A stretch of 64,000 nt of DNA from Candidatus Nealsonbacteria bacterium (GCA_019923655.1 JAHXGL010000002.1:2933-66932); one strand, 5' to 3'; shown: positions 8,791 to 17,600, numbered from the stretch's first letter. Numbers and translations: made by a program. Notes: a model not told the origin generated them from the letters alone.

Positions 8791-9804
8791 TAAACAACCA
8801 ATTGCTAATAAAAATACCTTGATACCCTTAGAAGGTTTCCGTTTCTGGGAAATTCCGAAAATAATTTTAGCTTCCGGATTAACTAATTCAGAAATGGCTT
8901 TTGATATCTGATTAACATCGGCAAGATAAAGATTTTTTTCTCCGGCAATATTAAACAAAACTCCTTTTGCTCCCTTAATTTTGTAGGAGTATAAAGGAGA
9001 ACTTAAAAGCCTTGCTATTAAATCTTTATCCGTTTGCGTTTTTGAACTTTCAACAGTATTCAAATAAACAAGCCTTCCCTGTCCTTCAAAAATCGTCTGA
9101 ATATCGGCAAAATCAATGTTAATTAAACCCGGATTATAGATAATTTCAATTAATCCCTTCAAATTTTCCGCTAAATTTTTATTAATAAAAGAGAAAGATT
9201 GTTTCAAAGACGTTTCTTTGTCAATGACCTGAAAAACTCTCTCGTTCGGAATAATAGTCATCGCGTTTAGATGTTTTTTTGCGTTAGATAAGGCATCTCG
9301 GCTAATTTCCATTTTTTTCTCCCCTTCAAACTTAAAGGGCAGGGTGAAAATGCCATAAGTAAGATTGCCTAAATTTTTAGAAATTTTGGCAAAAACCGGA
9401 GCGGCGCCGGAACCGACCCCGCCGCCCAAACAAGCGACAATAATACAAATATCCTGGCCAAGGCAAAGTTTTTTTATTCTCTCTTTTTCATTTTGAGCCG
9501 CCTCTCTTCCCTTTTCAGGATTCATACCTGTTCCTAGTCCGTTGGTAATGGCCTGTCCAAATTGAAAACAGCTTACCTTTTTAGAAATTGTTTTCAGAGC
9601 TTGAGCATCAGTATTAGCCGCCACAAAACAACTTTGTTTGATTTCAGAAGCAATTTCTGAAACAATCATTCCCGCTCCTCCGCCAATACCAATGACTTTA
9701 ATTTTAATTTTTTTAACCTTATCAATAGAACTTCCTTTTCCAGAGTCTTCCAAATTCGTTTCCGAATTCGTTTTCAAATTCGTTATGATTCTTTTTTTAC
9801 TCAT
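8476..9804 (-). CDS. ftsZ: cell division GTPase FtsZ (core domain; C-terminal tail replaced by repeat-derived sequence, apparently frameshifted)
   Basis: tubulin/FtsZ signatures NGLGTGMNPEKG and GGGVGSGAAPVFAKISK; N- and C-terminal extensions encoded by the palindromic repeat family. Confidence 0.85.
   Translation of the reverse strand: MSKKRIITNLKTNSETNLEDSGKGSSIDKVKKIKIKVIGIGGGAGMIVSEIASEIKQSCFVAANTDAQALKTISKKVSCFQFGQAITNGLGTGMNPEKGREAAQNEKERIKKLCLGQDICIIVACLGGGVGSGAAPVFAKISKNLGNLTYGIFTLPFKFEGEKKMEISRDALSNAKKHLNAMTIIPNERVFQVIDKETSLKQSFSFINKNLAENLKGLIEIIYNPGLINIDFADIQTIFEGQGRLVYLNTVESSKTQTDKDLIARLLSSPLYSYKIKGAKGVLFNIAGEKNLYLADVNQISKAISELVNPEAKIIFGISQKRKPSKGIKVFLLAIGCLEKSISKSVSKSVSKSLQDLENREDGHQKKKKRKREKINFPNLVRFGTIKQKKKTAFPNSFPNPKGIWNTPKGIRKTKVSKSAMDLEDSAFPNPFVVWKRIWKRM
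9745..9784. repeat. degenerate tandem half-sites of the hairpin repeat (TTCCAAATTCG x3) encoding the N-terminal extension of FtsZ
   Basis: sequence gtcttccaaattcgtttccgaattcgttttcaaattcgtt. Confidence 0.6.
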
Positions 9805-9878
9805 TAGTATAGTTTAATACTTTAAAGTTTTTAGTCAACTATCAGTTTTTCTTTTTCCATAGTTTTTGGAAAACACTC

Positions 9879-10970
9879 CTAGCCTTGGCTGGCTTTTTTG
9901 AGCCGGTGCATAATGGCAAAACCGATTCCTTTCTCGGGCACTCCTTCAGCTAAAATAATATCCACTTTTTGTTTGTCAAATTCTCGAAGAATTTTAAATA
10001 AGTTTTGAGCTATTTGTTCTAAATTTTTCCTTGAGCCAGAAATCAAAACCAAATCAGCTTGTTGATAAAATCTTTTTGTTTCAAATGAAGATAATACCCC
10101 CACTTTTTTATTTTGTTTTTGATATTTTTTAATTAAGTTTTGAATTCTTAATACTTGCTCCTTCCCTTCAACCCCGTTAGAGATACGCCCTTTTTGTACT
10201 TTGTCCCATTTTTTAGAATCTCTAATAGGGTTAACTAAAATTAAAGAAGCTTTTGGGGCATAATGACGATATTTCATTCCCGGGCTTTTGCTTTTTCCTT
10301 TGAATGTTCCGTCCAACAAACTGGGGTGAAGCCGAAGATCAGGTAAAACTTTCTTTAATTCTTCAAAAGAAATTCCGCCTGGCCTTAAAATTTGAAAAGG
10401 TTTGACCGTTAAATCCACTACTGTTGATTCTACTCCAATTTTAGTTCTGCCACCATCTAAAATTAAGTCAATTTTACTTCCAAAATCTTCAAAAACATGC
10501 CGGGCAAAAGTTGGACTGGGCCTACCGGCTAAATTAGCTGAAGGAGCGGCAATTGGAAAGCCTGCTTTTTTTATCATTTCCAAAGCAATTTTGTTTTTAG
10601 GCATTCTGATAGCGACCACTTTTAGTCCGGCTGTTACTTCATCCGGCACTGCGTTCTTTTTAAAAAGAACAAAAGTTAAGGGGCCTGGCCAGAATTTTTG
10701 AACTAAAATTTTTACATCTTTTGGAATATTTCTCGCCAGTAAATTTAAATCTTCAATCTTGGCTATGTGTACTATTATCGGATTATCCAGGGGTCGTCCT
10801 TTGACTTTGAAAATTTTCCTGACCGCGTTTTTATCTAAAGCATTGGCGCCCAAACCATAAACAGTTTCAGTCGGAAAAGCGACCAAGCCTCCTTTTTTTA
10901 TAATTTTGACCGCTTTTTGAATGAAACACTTTTCTGGCCTTTGAGAATTAATTTTCAATATTTCAAACAT
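9879..10970 (-). CDS. tsaC: L-threonylcarbamoyladenylate synthase (Sua5/YrdC/TsaC family, with Sua5 C-domain)
   Basis: YrdC motif AFPTETVYGLGANA; 363 aa consistent with YrdC plus Sua5 domain. Confidence 0.85.
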   Translation of the reverse strand: MFEILKINSQRPEKCFIQKAVKIIKKGGLVAFPTETVYGLGANALDKNAVRKIFKVKGRPLDNPIIVHIAKIEDLNLLARNIPKDVKILVQKFWPGPLTFVLFKKNAVPDEVTAGLKVVAIRMPKNKIALEMIKKAGFPIAAPSANLAGRPSPTFARHVFEDFGSKIDLILDGGRTKIGVESTVVDLTVKPFQILRPGGISFEELKKVLPDLRLHPSLLDGTFKGKSKSPGMKYRHYAPKASLILVNPIRDSKKWDKVQKGRISNGVEGKEQVLRIQNLIKKYQKQNKKVGVLSSFETKRFYQQADLVLISGSRKNLEQIAQNLFKILREFDKQKVDIILAEGVPEKGIGFAIMHRLKKASQG

Positions 10971-11011
10971 TTTCCTTGACTTGACGCAGAAATTTTGTAA
11001 TACTATGAAAG

Positions 11012-12238
11012 ATGGTTATTGGAAATATTATTATCTATTCCTCAATTTTCTTTTTTCTTTATATAAGCATATTGTCTCTTTTAGTATTGTGGGAATGCAA
11101 AAACCGAATTTATAAACCGAAATTAAGAAAAAATCATCCTAATGTCTGCATTATTGTTCCTTGCTTTAACGAGGAAAAAACAATTGTTAAAACTGTCCAT
11201 TCTTTGCTTAAATTAGATTACCCAAGAGACAGATTAGAAATACTTGTTATTGATGACGGTTCATCTGATAAGACTCTTGAAAGAGCAAAGACATTAGAAA
11301 AATATACACAGGTCAAGGTTTTTCATAAACCAAATAAAGGTAAATACACTGCCTTAAATTACGGCTTATCAAAAACCAAAGCTGAATTTGTCGGCTGTTT
11401 AGACGCTGATTCTTTTGTAATCCCTCAAGCATTAGGGCTTATTATGCCATATTTTAACAATCCCAAAATTATGGCATGCACTTCCTCTGTCAAAATTCAC
11501 CAGGCAAAAGGCGCGCTTCAGCGAATTCAAAAAATAGAATATATTTTTGGCATTTTCCTGCGAAAAGTCTTTGCCTTGCTCAACAGCATCACGGTCGCCC
11601 CTGGTCCTTTTACCATTTTCAGAAAAAGGGCCTTTGACAAATTAGGGCCATTTCGCCACGGACACAACACCGAAGATTTAGAAATAGCTTTCCGAATCCA
11701 GAGTAAAAACTATGAAATTGCCAATGCTCCGAATGCCTGTGTTTATACTGTTGGCCCGTCATCATTCAAAAAATTATTTCAACAGAGAAAAAGATGGTAT
11801 TCTGGATTATCCAGAAATGCCTGGGATTACCGTTCTCTAATGTTCAACAGAACATATGGAGATTTAGGGTTCTTTGTTTTTCCAAGCATATTTTTATCTG
11901 TCTTGATTTTTCTATTTGTTAGTTTTTATACTATTTTTCAATTTACCCAATACGCAATTCATAGATTTATTGCCTGGCAGGCAGTTGGGTTTAGTCTTAA
12001 CCAATTTGTTTTTAGGTTTGACTGGTTTTTTATTAATACTCAATTATATGTCCTTCTTTCTATTCTGCTTTTTGGAATGTTTTTCGGTATTGTTTTGCTT
12101 GGAAAAAAATTATCGTTTACCAAATCTAGAACCGGAAAAGATTTCCTGTTCTTTGTTCTATTTTATAGTCCGCTCTATTTTATCTGGTGGTTAAGCGCCA
12201 TTCAAGATATTGTCTTTAATAAAAAAAATAAATGGTAA
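11012..12238 (+). CDS. family 2 glycosyltransferase, processive (membrane-embedded, QxxRW motif)
   Basis: CFNEE...DDGSSD (DxD), QQRKRWYSG processivity motif, multiple C-terminal TM helices. Confidence 0.8.
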   Translation: MVIGNIIIYSSIFFFLYISILSLLVLWECKNRIYKPKLRKNHPNVCIIVPCFNEEKTIVKTVHSLLKLDYPRDRLEILVIDDGSSDKTLERAKTLEKYTQVKVFHKPNKGKYTALNYGLSKTKAEFVGCLDADSFVIPQALGLIMPYFNNPKIMACTSSVKIHQAKGALQRIQKIEYIFGIFLRKVFALLNSITVAPGPFTIFRKRAFDKLGPFRHGHNTEDLEIAFRIQSKNYEIANAPNACVYTVGPSSFKKLFQQRKRWYSGLSRNAWDYRSLMFNRTYGDLGFFVFPSIFLSVLIFLFVSFYTIFQFTQYAIHRFIAWQAVGFSLNQFVFRFDWFFINTQLYVLLSILLFGMFFGIVLLGKKLSFTKSRTGKDFLFFVLFYSPLYFIWWLSAIQDIVFNKKNKW

Positions 12239-12963
12239 ACAGAAAACCAATCAATACTCAAAAATACATTTTAACTTTTTGTTTCACGGCAATAATTTTT
12301 AGTCTTGGTTTTTTTGTAAGCGACTATCTTAATAATAAAAGATTTTCAGAAATAAACACTATGAAACAAAAATTTCAAATACAAGTTTTAGCTATGGAAA
12401 CCCAGCTTGATCATTTTAAGGATATTCTCTGCGCTGATATTGGCGACGATATTTTAACTCACGAACTTCATCTTATTGGCGAAAAGCTGGAATTTATGGC
12501 AAATAATTTAGGCCATAATCATCCTGAAGTGCTTCATCTAAAAAAATACTATTCTCTTCTTCAAATTAGGCACCACCATTTTTCGCAGCAACTTTGTGAG
12601 AGGTGCAATCTTGGGTTAGTTCATATTCTTTATTTTTTCGCGAATACTAAATATTGCCCTGATTGTGAAAAACAGAGCGCGGTTTTGTCTTTTTTGCGAG
12701 AACAATATCCTTTATTAAGGATATATTCTTTTGATTACAATCTTGATCTTATGGCTTTGGCTGCTATTAAGCCATTGCCTCCCAAATCCGCTCTTGAGCT
12801 TAACGGTCTTCCAAATTCTGAACAAGAATCTGAACTTAAATCTGACACAAAACCTTTAATTCAAGAATATGGCTTGCCTATTATTGTTGTTGAAGGCAAG
12901 CCCTTCTGGGGATTTAAAGATATTCAGGAAATGAAAAAAATCCTGCCGTTGACAAGGTTTTAA
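12232..12963 (+). CDS. hypothetical membrane-anchored protein with two CxxC pairs (CERC, CPDC)
   Basis: ORF overlapping the GT2 stop (likely co-transcribed); N-terminal TM helix; no confident homolog recognised. Confidence 0.4.
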   Translation: MVNRKPINTQKYILTFCFTAIIFSLGFFVSDYLNNKRFSEINTMKQKFQIQVLAMETQLDHFKDILCADIGDDILTHELHLIGEKLEFMANNLGHNHPEVLHLKKYYSLLQIRHHHFSQQLCERCNLGLVHILYFFANTKYCPDCEKQSAVLSFLREQYPLLRIYSFDYNLDLMALAAIKPLPPKSALELNGLPNSEQESELKSDTKPLIQEYGLPIIVVEGKPFWGFKDIQEMKKILPLTRF

Positions 12964-13646
12964 CGACTAATTTTTATTTTCTCCTTGCAATCCTCCCAGG
13001 GAACTTCTCCTTCCCCAACCAAAGAACAAATTTCTTTAAATTGGCAATATCGGCATTGCCAATTATCTACTAAATCCAAAATTTTGTCTGGCACAATATT
13101 GGAATCAATTTTAATTTTAAGTTGATTTAAATTATCTAAAAGGACTTGGGCTCGGCTTTTGTCATAAGGTATTATAAACTCTTTTAATTCCTGAGTGTCT
13201 TTATTAACATAAAGAAGAATGCCTTTGGAAATTTTAAAATAATGCAGGTAGAGCTGAATCTGGTCAATATTTTCTTCTTTTGCCTGTTCTAAGCTCTTAA
13301 AAATCATACTGTTCATACTCTTAATGTCAAGAAGGTACATTTCTTTGCTGTCGCTTACTATGGCGTCTGCCCTCCCAGAAATCAATTCCTGGGGCGGAAT
13401 AGCTATTTCTGAGGCAACAATATGAATTCCCCTGATACTCAGTAAAGGTCTCATAATCAACTGGTGGATATAATCACCATGTTCAAACATTCTTAAAATC
13501 CTCGCCTCCATTTCTTTCCTGGGGACATTTTTAAACTTGAAAAATATCGCCCGAGGACATTTACCGGCGTCAGTAATATAAAAATGTTGTTGCTCTTTAT
13601 CTTTTTGCCTGTCTAAATAAAATTTATCAATAAGTTCTTTTAGCAT
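12960..13646 (-). CDS. Cas4-like PD-(D/E)xK nuclease with Fe-S cluster cysteines (DUF83/RecB-family)
   Basis: one N-terminal Cys (CPRAIF), motif II D (DAIVSD), motif III DIK, QxxxY (QIQLYLHY), C-terminal CRYCQFKEIC (Cx2Cx5C). The ORF track's start at 13805 runs over a non-coding element, so the Met at 13646 is preferred. Confidence 0.7.
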   Translation of the reverse strand: MLKELIDKFYLDRQKDKEQQHFYITDAGKCPRAIFFKFKNVPRKEMEARILRMFEHGDYIHQLIMRPLLSIRGIHIVASEIAIPPQELISGRADAIVSDSKEMYLLDIKSMNSMIFKSLEQAKEENIDQIQLYLHYFKISKGILLYVNKDTQELKEFIIPYDKSRAQVLLDNLNQLKIKIDSNIVPDKILDLVDNWQCRYCQFKEICSLVGEGEVPWEDCKEKIKISR

Positions 13647-13658
13647 AGCTTCCTTATA

Positions 13659-13961
13659 GGAGTGTGAGATTCGAACCCACATTAGTTGAGCGGGAACAAT
13701 TTGAGTCATATTCAAGGCACGAGGAGTGAAGTGTGCCTTTAGGCACATAAGCGACGAGTAACGAAGAAGATGGCTCAAATTGACCCGCCCCAAGGGGAAG
13801 CTCAAAAATGGATGATTTCTTTGTTGCTCCTCCTCAAGGTGCTTGTCAGCACGATTTCGTTGTCGCGCCTTGAAATCATCTCATTTTTGAGCTTCTCAAT
13901 CTAAAGTTTCCAAATCCCTTTGGGATTTGGAAGACTGATGTGGGTTCGGATCTCACACTCC
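13659..13961. mobile_element. 303-bp element bounded by 24-bp terminal inverted repeats (GGAGTGTGAGATYCGAACCCACAT) that mimic a tRNA T-arm/acceptor; contains one hairpin-repeat copy
   Basis: left TIR 13659-13682 and right TIR 13938-13961 differ at one base (T/C, 23/24 identical when reverse-complemented); element lies exactly between the rpsI stop and the Cas4-like start. Confidence 0.45.
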
Positions 13962-13962
13962 T

Positions 13963-14397
13963 TTATCTTTTTGACCACTGGGGCGCTCGCCGAGCGCGCT
14001 TTAGACCAAATTTTTTCCTTTCTCTCATTCTGGGGTCTCTGGTTAGATAGCCGGCTTTTTTTAATGTTTTTCTGAAATCAAGATTAAAAATAGTCAAAGC
14101 CTTAGCCAATCCATGTCTTACTGCTTCAGCTTGAGCATTCAAACCGCCCCCTTTCGCCTTAACGAGAATATAAAATTTATCCAAACAATTTATTTTCTCA
14201 AGAGAAGAAAGGGCTGTTTGCTGAAGCTCAAAACAAGGGAAATAACTTTTCAAGGGCTTATCATTGACCAAATTTTCAAAACCAAGACCTTCAAAGAGTC
14301 GGACTCTGGCAACCGCTGTTTTTCTTCTGCCTACTGCTTCAAAATACTTTGTTGGTTTTTTTTTATCCTTGGTTTTTAAAATCCCCTTTTTTTTCAT
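13963..14397 (-). CDS. rpsI: 30S ribosomal protein S9
   Basis: C-terminal RRAPQWSKR and overall S9 similarity. Confidence 0.9.
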   Translation of the reverse strand: MKKKGILKTKDKKKPTKYFEAVGRRKTAVARVRLFEGLGFENLVNDKPLKSYFPCFELQQTALSSLEKINCLDKFYILVKAKGGGLNAQAEAVRHGLAKALTIFNLDFRKTLKKAGYLTRDPRMRERKKFGLKRARRAPQWSKR

Positions 14398-14398
14398 A

Positions 14399-14749
14399 CT
14401 ATCTTTCTATTTTTAATCTTTTAATTTGTTTTGCTCTTAATTTATTTTTAGGCAGCATTCCAAAAACCGCTTTTTTAAGAACCTCTGCCGGATTTTTCTC
14501 GTGCAGAATTTTAAGGGGTATCTCTTTTGAGCTGCCAAGATAACCCGAGTGCCTGAAGTATTTTTTTTGCTCTATTTTTTTGCCTGTGATTATTATCTTG
14601 GTAATGTTTTTTATAATCACATAATCAGCCATATCTTTATTGGGCGCAAAATCAGGCCGAAGCTTGCCTCGCAAAAGGACAGCAATCTCAGCAGCCAATC
14701 TACCCAACACTTTTTTGGTCGCATCAATTGTATGTGTATTTCTTTGCAT
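14399..14749 (-). CDS. rplM: 50S ribosomal protein L13
   Basis: IDATKKVLGRLAAEIAVLLRGK L13 signature. Confidence 0.9.
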   Translation of the reverse strand: MQRNTHTIDATKKVLGRLAAEIAVLLRGKLRPDFAPNKDMADYVIIKNITKIIITGKKIEQKKYFRHSGYLGSSKEIPLKILHEKNPAEVLKKAVFGMLPKNKLRAKQIKRLKIER

Positions 14750-14761
14750 AATTTAATTTAG

Positions 14762-15112
14762 TTATTGAACCAACTCTATCATCGCCATCTTGGCTCCGTC
14801 AGACTTCCTGGGCCCTAATTTAATAATTCTGGTGTATCCTCCTTTTCTCTCTTTATACCTCGGCGCAATTTCTTCTATTAATTTTTTTACTGTTTTTTTA
14901 GGAAAAAATTTTGCTAAAAATCTCCTAGAAAAAATGCTGTTGTTTTTAGCCCGAGTGATTTGTTTTTCAACAAACCCGGCAACGACCCTTGCCTTAGTTT
15001 CAGTGGTTTTAATTTTCTCTTTTATCAAAAGAGAAAAAGCAAGAGTTCTTAAAAGCGCTTTTCTTTGGTCTTTTTCCCTACTTAGTTTTCGTCCTTTTTT
15101 TCTTTTTTTCAT
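14762..15112 (-). CDS. rplQ: 50S ribosomal protein L17
   Basis: GGYTRIIKLGPRKSDGAKMAMIELV signature. Confidence 0.9.
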   Translation of the reverse strand: MKKRKKGRKLSREKDQRKALLRTLAFSLLIKEKIKTTETKARVVAGFVEKQITRAKNNSIFSRRFLAKFFPKKTVKKLIEEIAPRYKERKGGYTRIIKLGPRKSDGAKMAMIELVQ

Positions 15113-15890
15113 GTTCTGTTTTCTTGCGTTTCGTTTTTTTTGTTGGCGCCGGTTCTTTCGTTGTTATTTTTTTGGGAACCGGAGTTTCCAGGTGAAAAGC
15201 ATCGGCAATTAATGAAAAATGGTTTATTAAAATCTCTGTTGCCTGACTAAAAGCTTGTTCCGGAGAAATAATTCCGTCTGTTTCAATTTCTAAAAATAAC
15301 CTGTCATAATCAGTCCTTTCTCCCACCCTCATATTTTCAACCTGATAACTAACACTTTTTATTGGGGTAAAGATAGCGTCAACCGGAATAACTCCTGCTT
15401 CTAATTTTTCCCGTCTCTGAATAAAAGATTTTTTTCTTACTTCTCTGGAAAAATAACCTATTCCCTTTTCAATTTGAATCTCAATTTCCAATTCCGCTGA
15501 CTTGTCAGTTAGGCTCGCAATATAGCAGTCCTTATTTACTAATTCTGTTTGGCTGGAAAAAACAAAATCAGAGCCCTTCACCTCTCTCTCGCCTTTTACT
15601 TTTAAAAATGCTTTCTGTGGTTCATCAGTAAAGAGCTTAAACCGTAATTGTTTCAAATTTAAGACAATTAAAATAACATCCTCTAAAACCCCTGGAATAG
15701 TTGAAAACTCATGAGAAACTCCTTTAATTTTCGCCTGGGTTATTGCAAATCCTGACAGAGAAGAAAGTAAAACTCGACGCAAACTATTACCGATAGTTAC
15801 GCCATATCCCGGATACAGGGCTTCAATCTCAAAAATAGCCTTATTTCCTTGTTTTTTAATAATTTTTGGCTGTTTGGGTAAAGAAATCAT
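15078..15890 (-). CDS. rpoA: DNA-directed RNA polymerase alpha subunit (N-terminal domain only; C-terminal domain replaced by a Lys-rich tail)
   Basis: alpha-NTD motifs GYGVTIGNSLRRVLLSSL; the protein ends after ~235 aa of NTD with a KKTKRKK tail, and there is no room for an alpha-CTD before rplQ. Confidence 0.85.
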   Translation of the reverse strand: MISLPKQPKIIKKQGNKAIFEIEALYPGYGVTIGNSLRRVLLSSLSGFAITQAKIKGVSHEFSTIPGVLEDVILIVLNLKQLRFKLFTDEPQKAFLKVKGEREVKGSDFVFSSQTELVNKDCYIASLTDKSAELEIEIQIEKGIGYFSREVRKKSFIQRREKLEAGVIPVDAIFTPIKSVSYQVENMRVGERTDYDRLFLEIETDGIISPEQAFSQATEILINHFSLIADAFHLETPVPKKITTKEPAPTKKTKRKKTEHEKKKKRTKTK

Positions 15891-15905
15891 ATAAAAGGTG
15901 TCGCG

Positions 15906-16538
15906 CTAACGTGAATAATGCTCAAATATCAAAGAAATTTCGACTGGCGGCAAAGCTTCTGCTAAATCCGGTTCGCCAATTACCTTGCCTGCCATTTTCT
16001 TAATATCTAATTTAAGCCATGATGGAGTCTTATGTTTTTTTAACGCAGAAGTTAGATTTTGAGAAGATCTTAATTTAAGACTAATTCTGTCTTCTTTTTT
16101 TACTAAATAACTAGAAATATTAATCAGCCTATCGTTTACTGAAATATGACGATGGGAAATAATCTGTCGGGCAAGAGGTCTTGAAGAGGCAAACCCCATT
16201 CTAAAAACTACATTATCCAAACGACTTTCCAGAATTTTAATCAACATAGCATCGGCATTTTCAACCTTTCCCTTGCGGTTTAAAACTTTTTCTACATAAT
16301 TCCGAAACTGTTTTTCTTTTAAGTTATACCAATTCTTTAATTTTTGTTTTTCTTTTAATCCTCTGCCATATTCAGAGAGAGTCTTGGCCCGTCTTTTTCT
16401 CTTCTGCCCGGGCGGATAAGGTTTTTTGTTCATTAAACATTTCGGCAAAAGACATTTGGTGCCTTTCAAAAAAAGTTTTGCGTTAAGCCGACGACAAATC
16501 TTACATTTAGCCCCGTTAGAAGTTGTTTTTTTCGACAT
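15906..16538 (-). CDS. rpsD: 30S ribosomal protein S4
   Basis: N-terminal Cys4 zinc finger (CKICRR...CLLPKC) and S4 domain. Confidence 0.9.
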   Translation of the reverse strand: MSKKTTSNGAKCKICRRLNAKLFLKGTKCLLPKCLMNKKPYPPGQKRKRRAKTLSEYGRGLKEKQKLKNWYNLKEKQFRNYVEKVLNRKGKVENADAMLIKILESRLDNVVFRMGFASSRPLARQIISHRHISVNDRLINISSYLVKKEDRISLKLRSSQNLTSALKKHKTPSWLKLDIKKMAGKVIGEPDLAEALPPVEISLIFEHYSR

Positions 16539-16550
16539 ATAGTTATTTTT

Positions 16551-17033
16551 TTATACCCTTCTCGCTTTGACCGGCCGACATCCATTATGGGGAATAGGGG
16601 TAATGTCTTTAATTGAAATGATGTCTATTCCTCGAGCCACCAAAGACCTGATAGCTGATTCCCGACCACTGCCAATTCCTTTTACTAAAATAACTACTTT
16701 AGTAATTCCAATTTTCTTAATTGTTTGCGATATCGCCTCGGCTACCTTAGAAGCAGCGAACGGAGTGGCTTTTTTGGCTCCCTTAAAACCAACACTGCCA
16801 GCGCTCATCCAAGCCAAAACATTTCCCTGAACATCAGTTAAACTAATAATAGTATTATTATAAGAAGAAGAAATGCAAACCCTTGCCTTTTTAACTTTTT
16901 TAGCGGCTTGTTCGGCTTCTCCTTTAATCTTTGCCTCTACTTTTCCAAGTTCGTTTGGGGATTGGAGGGCTTCCCTGCCTCTTTCTTTTAACAATTCTTC
17001 TTCGGTTTGAGCGATAATTCGTTTTTTACCCAT
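16551..17033 (-). CDS. rpsK: 30S ribosomal protein S11 (with ~40-aa N-terminal extension)
   Basis: ISSSYNNTIISLTD...MSAGSVGFKGAKKATPFAA S11 core. Confidence 0.9.
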   Translation of the reverse strand: MGKKRIIAQTEEELLKERGREALQSPNELGKVEAKIKGEAEQAAKKVKKARVCISSSYNNTIISLTDVQGNVLAWMSAGSVGFKGAKKATPFAASKVAEAISQTIKKIGITKVVILVKGIGSGRESAIRSLVARGIDIISIKDITPIPHNGCRPVKARRV

Positions 17034-17034
17034 A

Positions 17035-17424
17035 TTATTTCGGAGCCGGCGCAGCTCTCTTTCCCGACCCGATAGTTCTTCTAATATTTCCTCTTATTGT
17101 TCTACTATTGGTCTTTGTTCTTTGTCCTCTTGCAGGCAATCTTTTAATGTGACGAATTCCCCGCCAAGCGCTTATATCTTTTAATCTTTTAATATCCTTT
17201 ATCCGTTCCCGCCGCAATTCTCCTTCAATCTTACATTTCTTTTCAATAACTTCTTTAAGTTGGGAAATTTGTTGCGGAGTTAATTCTATTGCCTTAAGGG
17301 AAAAATCAATCTTTGCCTCGTCTAAAATTTTCCTGCTCAAAGAACGACCAATGCCATAAATATAAGTCAATGCAATAATTATTTGTTTATTTTCAGGGAT
17401 ATTTGTCCCGGCAATTCTCGGCAT
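17035..17424 (-). CDS. rpsM: 30S ribosomal protein S13
   Basis: MPRIAGTNIPENKQIIIALTYIYGIG N-terminus. Confidence 0.9.
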   Translation of the reverse strand: MPRIAGTNIPENKQIIIALTYIYGIGRSLSRKILDEAKIDFSLKAIELTPQQISQLKEVIEKKCKIEGELRRERIKDIKRLKDISAWRGIRHIKRLPARGQRTKTNSRTIRGNIRRTIGSGKRAAPAPK

Positions 17425-17462
17425 AAATTTTCCAAATCTTGTCAGATTTGGAACAATAATCT

Positions 17463-17576
17463 TTATCCTTGTCTTTGTTTATGTTTAGGATTTTTGCATA
17501 TTACAAAAACGCGGCCCTTGCGCCGGACAGTTTTGCAATCTTTACAAATTTTTTTTATTGATGACCGGACTTTCAT
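17463..17576 (-). CDS. rpmJ: 50S ribosomal protein L36 (37 aa; below the ORF-track length cutoff)
   Basis: manual translation [37 protein letters not shown] with the Cx2C...Cx zinc ribbon; positioned between rpsM and infA. Confidence 0.8.
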   Translation of the reverse strand: MKVRSSIKKICKDCKTVRRKGRVFVICKNPKHKQRQG

Positions 17577-17600
17577 TTTAGAGATACATTAAGGGGCGCG

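Noticed and set aside
13659-13961. tRNA or tmRNA gene, suggested by GGTTCGAATC T-loop-like sequence at both ends
   Set aside because: Neither end continues into a D-arm or anticodon arm with a matching 5' acceptor strand. The two T-arm-like segments are perfect inverted copies pairing over 24 nt, which is incompatible with tRNA or tmRNA folds. No tag-peptide reading frame ending in a hydrophobic A/L-rich tail was found.
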